This document shows positions 55,001 through 64,000 of a stretch of DNA of 64,000 nucleotides, piece after piece. Numbering within the stretch: position 1 is the stretch's first letter; each line of letters starts with the position of its first letter. The translations under genes and the position numbers were made by a program. This DNA is from Eledone cirrhosa (Eukaryota): positions 6,262,001 to 6,326,000 of the forward strand of contig OZ024757.1 of the NCBI GenBank assembly GCA_964016885.1, in the 5' to 3' direction. The notes under the pieces were generated by a model. It did no database searches and was not told the DNA's origin. It was given only the letters and a program-made list of their open reading frames with translations.

Positions 55001-58000
55001 TGCTTTTTGGGAGAGTTAAGCTCCAGCATGTTAAAAGTTGTTGATGATGATGGTGACAGAATGATATAGATAAAAACTTAAATAGAATGTTATCAATGTT
55101 GTTTATTGTGAAACAAATCTGTATCTTGACTTAGAAGAAAACATTGATTAGGTAAGGTCAAGTGTTCTCTTCATATTGATATATTAGAGAAGACACACAG
55201 CACTTATGTACATTCATTCTACCACACACCCACACAGAGTAACTTACACTCACACACATATACTAACACACCACAAATAATATGTTTATGGCTGAGTATT
55301 CCACAACCAGGCTTGTGTTTTTGATAATTCCATAACAGAATCATCATGTCAATATATATGACAGAGTAGATCATCATCACTGGTTTACATCCATTATTCC
55401 ACACTAGCATGGGTTAGACTTGTTGTCTTGTTGTGGGCAAGTCTGGTGACCATGTCTTGTTTGTACACAACTGATTTTAGCTTATTCTACAGCTGGATGT
55501 CCTTCCTAATGCCAACCTCATTTACAGTGTAGACTGGGTGCTTTTTGTCATGACACCTACATGACCATTTTACAGAGTGGACTGGGTGCTTTGTTGTGAC
55601 ACCTACACAACCACTTTACAGTGTGGACTGGGTGCTTTTTGTCATGACACCTACATGACCACTTTACAGTGAGGACTGGGTGCTTTTTGTCATTAAACCT
55701 ACACAACCACTTTACAGAGTAGACTGTGTTTTTTTTGTGACACCTACATGACTACTTTACAGTGCGGACTGGGTGCTTTTTGTTGTGACACCTACATAAC
55801 CACTTTATAGAGTGGACTGGGTGCTTTTTGTTGTGTCACCAACGCAACCACTTTACAGAGTGGACTGGGTGCCTTTTGTCATGATACCAACACAACCATT
55901 TTATAGAATGGACTGTGTGCTTTTTGTTGCGAAACCTACTCATCCACATTACAGAGTGGACTGGGTGCTTTTGTTGTAATTTGTGACATTCATTCTACCA
56001 CACACCCACACAGAGTAACTTACACTCACACACATATACTAACACACCAGAAATAATATGTTTATGGCTGAGTATTCCACAACTAGGCATGTGTTTATTG
56101 TAGTTCCATGACAGAATCATCATGTCAATATATATGACAGAGTAGATCATCATCACTGGTTTACATCCATTATTCCAAACTAGCGTGGGTTAGACTTGTA
56201 GTCCTGTTGTGGGCAAGTCTGGTGACCATGTCTTGTTCGTACAAAACTGATTTTAGCTTATTCTACAACTGGATGTCCTTCCTAACGCCAACCTCATTTA
56301 CAGTGTGGACTGGGTGCTTTTTGCATGACACATACACAAAAACTTTACAGAGTAGACTGGGTACTTTTGTTGTGACAACTACACAACCACTTTACGGTGT
56401 AGCCTTGGTGCTTTTTGCATGACACCTACACAACCACTTTACAGTGTAGACTGGCTGCTTTGTTGTGACACCTACACAAACACTTCAGGGAGTGGACTGG
56501 GTACTTTTTGTCATGACACCTACATGACCACTTTACAGTGAGTACTGGGTGCTTTTTGTCATGACATGGACACAACCACATTACAATGTAGACTGGGTTC
56601 TTTTTGTCATGACACCTACACAACCATTTTACAGTGTAGACTGGGAGCTTTGTTGTGACACCTACACAAACACTTCAGGGAGTGGACTGGGTGCTTTTTG
56701 TCATGACATCGACACAACCACATTACAGTGTAGACTGAGTGCTTTTTGTCATGACACCTACACAACCACTTTACAGTGTGGACTGGGTGCTTTTTGCATG
56801 TCACCTACATGACCACTTTACAGTGTAGACTGAGTGCTTTTTGTCATGACACCTACACTTCCACTTTACAGAGTGGACTGGGTGCGTTTTGTCATGATAC
56901 AAACACGACCACTTTACAGAGTGGACTGGGTGATTTTGTTGCGAAACCTACTCATCCACTTTACAGTGTGGAATGGGTGTTTTTGTCATGACACCTACAC
57001 AACCACTTTATAGAGTAGACTGGGTGTTTTTGTCGTGACGCCTACATGACCACTTTACAGAGTGGACTGGGTGCTTTTTGTCATGACACCTACACAACCA
57101 CTTCACAGAGTGGACTGGGTGCTTTTTTGTGACACCTACATGACCACTTTACAGTGTGGACTGGGTGCTTTTGTTGTGACACCTACATGACCACTTTACA
57201 ATGTGGACTGGGTGCTTTTTCTCAGGATATCTATATGACTACTTTACAGTGTGGACTGGGTGCTTTTTGTCATGACACCTACACATCCACTTTACAGTGT
57301 GGACTGGGTGCTTTGTTGTGACACCTATATGACTACTTTACAGAGTGGACAGAGTGCTTTTTGTCATGACACCTACACATCCACTTATACAACCACATTA
57401 CAGTGTAGACTGGGTGCTTTTTGTCATGACACCTACATGACCACTTTACAGTGAGTACTGGGTGCTTTTTGTCATGACATCGACACAATCACATTACAGT
57501 GTAGACTGAGTGCTTTTTGTCATGACACCTACACAATCACATTACAATGTAGACTGGGTTCTTTTTGTCATGACACCTACACAACCACTTAACAGAGTGG
57601 ACTGGGTGCTTTTTCTCAGAACATCTATATGACTACTTTACAGTGTGGACTGGGTGCTTTTTGTCATGACACCTACATGACCACTTTACAATGTAGACTG
57701 AGTGCTTTTTGTCATGACAGCTATACAACCACTTTACAGTGTGGACTGGCTGCTTTGTTGTGACACCTATATGACTACTTTACAGAGTGGACTGAGTACT
57801 TTTTGTCATGACACCTACACATCCATTTATACAACCACATTACAGTGTAGACTGGGTGCTTTTTGTCATGACACCTATACAACTACTTTACAGTGTGAAC
57901 TGGGTACTTTTTGTTGTGACACCTACATGACTACTTTACAGTGTGGACTGGTTACTCTCCGTCATGACACCTACACAACCACTTTACAGTGTAGACTGGG

Positions 58001-61000
58001 TACTTTTTGTTGTGACACCTACATGACCACTTTACATTGTGAACTGTGTGCTTTTTGTCATGATACCTACACAACCACTTTACAGTGTAGACTGGGTGCT
58101 TTGTTGTGACACCTACACAAACACTTCAGGGAGTGGACTGGGTACTTTTTATCATGACACCTACATGACCACTTTACAGTGAGTACTGGGTGCTTTTTGT
58201 CATGACATCGACACAACCACATTACAATGTAGACTGGGTTCTTTTTGTCATGACACCTACACAACCACTTTACAGTGTCGACTGGGTGCTTTGTTGTGAC
58301 ACCTACACAAACACTTCAGGGAGTGGACTGGGTGCTTTTTGTCATGACATCGACACAACCACATTACAGTGTAGACTGAGTGCTTTTTGTCATGACACCT
58401 ACACTTCCACTTTACAGAGTGGACTGGGTGCGTTTTGTCATGATACAAACACGATCACTTTACAGAGTGGACTGGGTGATTTTGTTGCGAAACCTACTCA
58501 TCCACTTTACTGTGTGGAATGGGTGTTTTTGTCATGACACCTACACAACCACTTTATAGAGTAGACTGGGTGTTTTTGTCGTGACGCCTACATGACCACT
58601 TTACAGAGTGGACTGGGTGCTTTTTGTCATGACACCTACACAACCACTTAACAGAGTGGACTGGGTGCTTTTTTGTGACACCTACATGACTACTTTACAG
58701 TGTGGACTGGGTGCTTTTGTTGTGACACCTACATGACTACTTTACAGTGTGGACTGGTTGCTTTTTGTCATGACACCTACACATCCACTTTACAGTGTGG
58801 ACTGGGTGCTTTGTTGTGACACCTATATGACTACTTTACAGAGTGGACAGAGTGCTTTTTGTCATGACACCTACACGTCCACTTATACAACCATATTACA
58901 GTGTAGACTGGGTGCTTTTTGTCATGACACCTACATGACCACTTTACAGTGAGTACTGGGTGCTTTTTGTCATGACATCGACACAACCACATTACAGTGT
59001 AGACTGAGTGCTTTTTGTCATGACACCTACACAATCACATTACAATGTAGACTGGGTTCTTTTTGTCATGACACCTACACAACCACTTAACAGAGTGGAC
59101 TGTGTGCTTTTTCTCAGAACATCTATATGACTACTTTACAGTGTGGACTGGGTGCTTTTTGTCATGACACCTAAATGACCACTTTACAGTGTGGACTAGG
59201 TGCTTTTTGTCATGACACCTACACAACCTCATTACAATGTAGACTGAGTGCTTTTTGTCATGACACCTATGCAACCACTTTACAGTGTGGACTGGGTGCT
59301 TTTGGTTCTGACACCTACACAACCACTTTACAGAGTGGACTGGGTCCTTTTTGTTGTGACACCTACACAACCACTTTACAGTGTCGACTGGGTGCTTTTT
59401 GTCACGACACCTACATGACCACTTTACTGTGTGGACTGGGTGCTTTTTGTTATGTCACCTACACAACCACTTTACAGTGAGGACTGGGTGCTTTTTGAAA
59501 TGACACCTACATGACCACTTTAGAGTGTGGACTGATTGCTTTTTGTCATGACACCTACATGACCACTGTACAGAGTGGACTGGGTGCTTTGTTGTTACAG
59601 CTACATGACTACTTTACAGTGTGGACTGGGTGCTTTTTGTCATGACACCTACACAACCACTTTACAGAGTGGACTGGGTGCATTTTGTCACGACACCTAC
59701 ATGACCACTTTACAGTGTGGACTGGGTGCTTTGTTGTGACAGCTTCATGACTACTTTACAGTGTGGACTGGGTGCTTTTTGTCATGACACCTACAAAAAC
59801 CACTTTACAGAGTGGACTGGGTGCTTTTTGTCACGACACCTACTAGACCACTTTACAGGGTGGACTGGGTGCTATTTGTCATGACACCTACATGACCACT
59901 TTACAGAGTAGACTGGGTGCTTTTTTTGTGACACGTACATGACCACTTTACAGTGTGGACTGGGTGCTTTTTATCATGACACATACACAACCACTTTACA
60001 GGGTGGACTGGGTGCTTTTTGTCATGACACCTACATAACCACTTCACAGTGTGGACTGGGTGCTTTTTGTAGTGACATCGACATGACCTCTTCACAGTGT
60101 GGACTAGGTGCTTTTTGTAGTGACACCTACATGACCACTTTACAGTGTGGACTGTGTGATTTGTTGTGACAGCTACATGACCACCTTACAGTGTAGACTG
60201 GGTGCTTTTTGTCATGACACCTACATGACCACTTTACAGTGTGGACTAGGTGCTTTTTGTCATGACACCTACACAACCCCATTACAATGTAGACTGAGTG
60301 CTTTTTGTCATGACACCTACACAACCACTTTACAGTGTGGACTGGGTGCTTTTGGTTCTGACACCTACACAACCACTTTACAGAGTGGACTGGGTCCTTT
60401 TTGTTGTGACACCTACACAACCACTTTACAGTGTCGACTGGGTGCTTTTTGTTGTGACACCTACACAACCACTTTACAGGGTGGACTGGGTGCATTTTGT
60501 TGTGATACCTACATGACCACTTTACAGTGTGGACTGTATATTTTTGTTGTGACACCTACATGACCACTTCACAGTGTGGACTGGGTGCTTTTTGTAGTGA
60601 CATCTACATGAACACTTCACAGTGTGGACTGGGTGCTTTTGTCATGACACCTACATGACTAATTTACTGTGTGGACTGGTTGCTTTTTGGGACAGTTAAG
60701 CTCCAGCTAGCATGTTAAAAGTTGTTGATGATGATGATGACAGATTGATATAGACAAAAACTTAAATAGAATGTTATCAATGTTGTTTATTGTGAAACAA
60801 AACTGTATTTTGACTTTGAACAAAACATTGATTAGGTAAGGTCAAATGTTCTCTTCATACTGATATATTAGAGAAGACACACAGCACGTATGTACATTCA
60901 TTCTACCACACACCCACACAGAGTAACTTACACTCACACACATATACTAACACACCATAAATAATATGTTTATGGCTGAGTATTCCACAACCAGGCATGT

Positions 61001-64000
61001 GTTTATTGTAATTCCATGACAGAATCATCATGTCAATATATATGACAGAGTAGATCATCATCACTGGTTTACATCCATTATTCCACACTAGCATGGGTTA
61101 GACTTGTTGTCTTGTTGTGGGCAAGTCAGGTGACCATGTCTTGTTCGTACAAAACTGATTTTAGCTTATTCTACAGCTGGATGTCCTTCCTAATGCCACC
61201 CTCATTTACAGTGTAGACTGGGTGCTTTTTGTCATGACACCTACATGACCATTTTACAGAGTGGACTGGGTGCTTTGTTGTGACACCTACATGACCACAT
61301 TACAGTGTGGACCGGGTGCTTTTTGTCATGACACCTACATGACCACTTTACAGTGTGGACTGGGTGCTTTTTGTCATGACACCTACACAACCACTTTACA
61401 GAGTAGACTGTGTTTTTTTTGTGACACCTACATGACTACTTTACAGTGTGGACTGGGTGCTTTTTGTTGTGACACCTACACAACCACTTTATAGAGTGGA
61501 CTGGGTGCTTTTTGTTGTGACACCTACACAACCACTTTGCAATAATGACTGGGTGCTTTTTGTCATGACACCAAAATATCAACTTTACAGAGTGGACTGG
61601 GTTCTTTTTGTTGTGTCACCCACGCAACAACTTTACAGAGTGGACTGGGTGCCTTTTGACATGATACCAACACAATCATTTTACAGAATGGACTGGGTGC
61701 TTTTTGTTGCGAAACCTACTCATCCACTTTACAGAGTGGACTGGGTGCTTTTGTTGTAATTTGTGACATTCATTCTACCACACACCCACACAGGGTAACT
61801 TACACTCACACACATATACTAACACACCACAAATAATATGTTTATGGCTGAGTATTCCACAACTAGGCATGTGTTTATTGTAATTCCATGACAGAATCAT
61901 CATGTCAATATATATGACAGGGTAGATCATCATCACTGGTTTACATCCATTATTCCATGGGTTAGACTTGTTGTCTTGTTGTGGGCAAGTCAGGTGACCA
62001 TGTCTTGTTCGTACAAAACTGATTTTAGCTTATTCTACAACTGGATGTCCTTCCTAACGCCAACCTCATTTACAGGGTGGACTGGGTGCTTTTTGCATGA
62101 CACATACACAAAAACTTTACAGAGTAGACTGGGTACTTTTGTTGTGACACCTACACAACCACTTTACAGTGTAGCTTGGTGCATTTTGCATGACACCTAC
62201 ACAACCACTTTACAGTGTGGACTGGCTGCTTTGTTGTGACACCTACACAACCACTTTACAGTGTAGACTGGGTGCTTTGTTGTGACACCTACACAAACAC
62301 TTCAGGGAGTGGACTGGGTACTTTTTGTCATGACACCTACATGACCACTTTACAGTGAGTACTGGGTGCTTTTTGTCATGACATCGACACAACCACATTA
62401 CAATGTAGACTGGGTTCTTTTTGTCATGACACCTACACAACCACTTTACAGTGTGGACTGGGTGCTTTTTGCATGTCACCTACATGACCACTTTACAGTG
62501 TAGACTGAGTGCTTTTTGTCATGACACCTACACTTCCACTTTACAGAGTGGACTGGGTGCGTTTTGTCATGATACAAACACGACCACTTTACAGAGTGGA
62601 CTGGGTGATTTTGTTGCGAAACCTACTCATCCACTTTAAAGTGTGGAATGGGTGTTTTTGTCATGACACCTACACAACCACTTTATAGAGTAGACTGGGT
62701 GTTTTTGTCGTGACGCCTATATGACCACTTTACAGAGTGGACTGGGTGTTTTTTGTCATGACACCTACACAACCACTTAACAGAGTGGACTGGGTGCTTT
62801 TTTGTGACACCTACATGACCACTTTACAGTGTGGTCTGGGTGCTTTTGTTGTGACACCTACATGACCACTTTACAATGTGGACTGGGTGCTTTTTCTCAG
62901 GATATCTATATGACTACTTTACAGTGTGGACTGGGTGCTTTTTGTCATGACACCTACACATCCACTTTACAGTGTGGACTGGGTGCTTTGTTGTGACACC
63001 TATATGACTACTTTACAGAGTGGACAGAGTGCTTTTTGTCATGACACCTACACATCCACTTATACAACCACATTACAGTGTAGACTGGGTGCTTTTTGTC
63101 ATGACACCTACATGACCACTTTACAGTGAGTACTGGGTGCTTTTTGTCATGACATCGACACAACCACATTACAGTGTAGACTGAGTGCTTTTTGTCATGA
63201 CACCTACACAATCACATTACAATGTAGACTGGGTTCTTTTTGTCATGACACCTACACAACCACTTAACAGAGTGGACTGGGTGCTTTTTCTCAGAACATC
63301 TATATGACTACTTTACAGTGTGGACTGGGTGCTTTTTGTCATGACACCTACATGACCACTTTACAATGTAGACTGAGTGCTTTTTGTCATGACAACTACA
63401 CAACCACTTTACAGTGTGGACTGGGTGCTTTGTTGTGACACCTATATGACTACTTTACAGAGTGGACTGAGTACTTTTTGTCATGACACCTACACATCCA
63501 CTTATACAACCACATTACAGTGGAGACTGGGTGCTTTTTGTCATGACACCTACATGACCACTTTACAATGAGGACTAGATGCTTTTTGTCATGACACCTT
63601 CACAACCACTTTACAGTGTGGACTGGGTCCTTTTTGTCATGACACCTACACAACCACTTTACAGTGTAGACTGGGTGCTTTGTTGTGACACCTACACAAA
63701 CACTTCAGGGAGTGGACTGGGTACATTTTGTCATGACACCTACATGACCACTTTACAGTGAGTACTGGGTGCTTTTTGTCATGACATCGACACAACTACA
63801 TTACAGTGTAGACTGAGTGCTTTTTGTCATGACACCTACACAATCACATTACAATGTAGACTGGGTTCTTTTTGTCATGACACCTACACAACCACTTAAC
63901 AGAGTGGACTGGGTGCTTTTTCTCAGAACATCTATATGACTACTTTACAGAGTGGACTGAGTACTTTTTGTCATGACACCTACACATCCACTTATACAAC
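46033..64000. repeat. 48-bp satellite (tttacagtgtggactgggtgctttttgtcatgacacctacatgaccac) with higher-order structure, running off the right edge
   Basis: Hundreds of diverged monomers. Recurrent non-monomer blocks start at ~46970, 47615, 49590, 53745, 55010, 55975, 60690 and 61755. Confidence 0.97.

Noticed and set aside
46033-64000. CRISPR-like regularity and many Cys/His-rich short ORFs (CHDTYMTTLQCGLGAF)
   Set aside because: The monomers are contiguous with no unique spacers and no cas genes, in eukaryotic DNA. The ORFs arise because 48 is a multiple of 3, and they break frequently.

Overview
Repeat-rich eukaryotic DNA with long (TA)n tracts, RTE and CR1-type LINEs and tRNA-headed SINEs. 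A cephalopod such as Octopus is my inference from the repeat style, not something the sequence proves. The main structure is a ~25 kb inverted duplication (arms ~6104-18935 and ~19612-30914) around a 200-N gap. Each arm carries a ~5 kb single-exon gene encoding about six tandem NHL/TolB-like beta-propeller modules, and the right copy also shows an inserted coiled coil. The right copy is open up to the gap; the left copy has a 10-bp frameshifting deletion. The two copies are nearly identical except in clustered loops of modules 4 and 6, which suggests a diversifying ligand-binding family. Other content: a CR1-like LINE with an apparently open ORF2, a two-CCCH-finger ORF1 and a candidate -1 frameshift site; degenerate minimal hammerhead ribozymes in TA-inserted Penelope-like/foldback elements; a Helitron helicase relic; a long-TIR MITE; a 21-bp minisatellite; and an ~18 kb 48-bp satellite derived from the RTE/SINE 3' tail. 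All calls were made by eye, and most boundaries are approximate.
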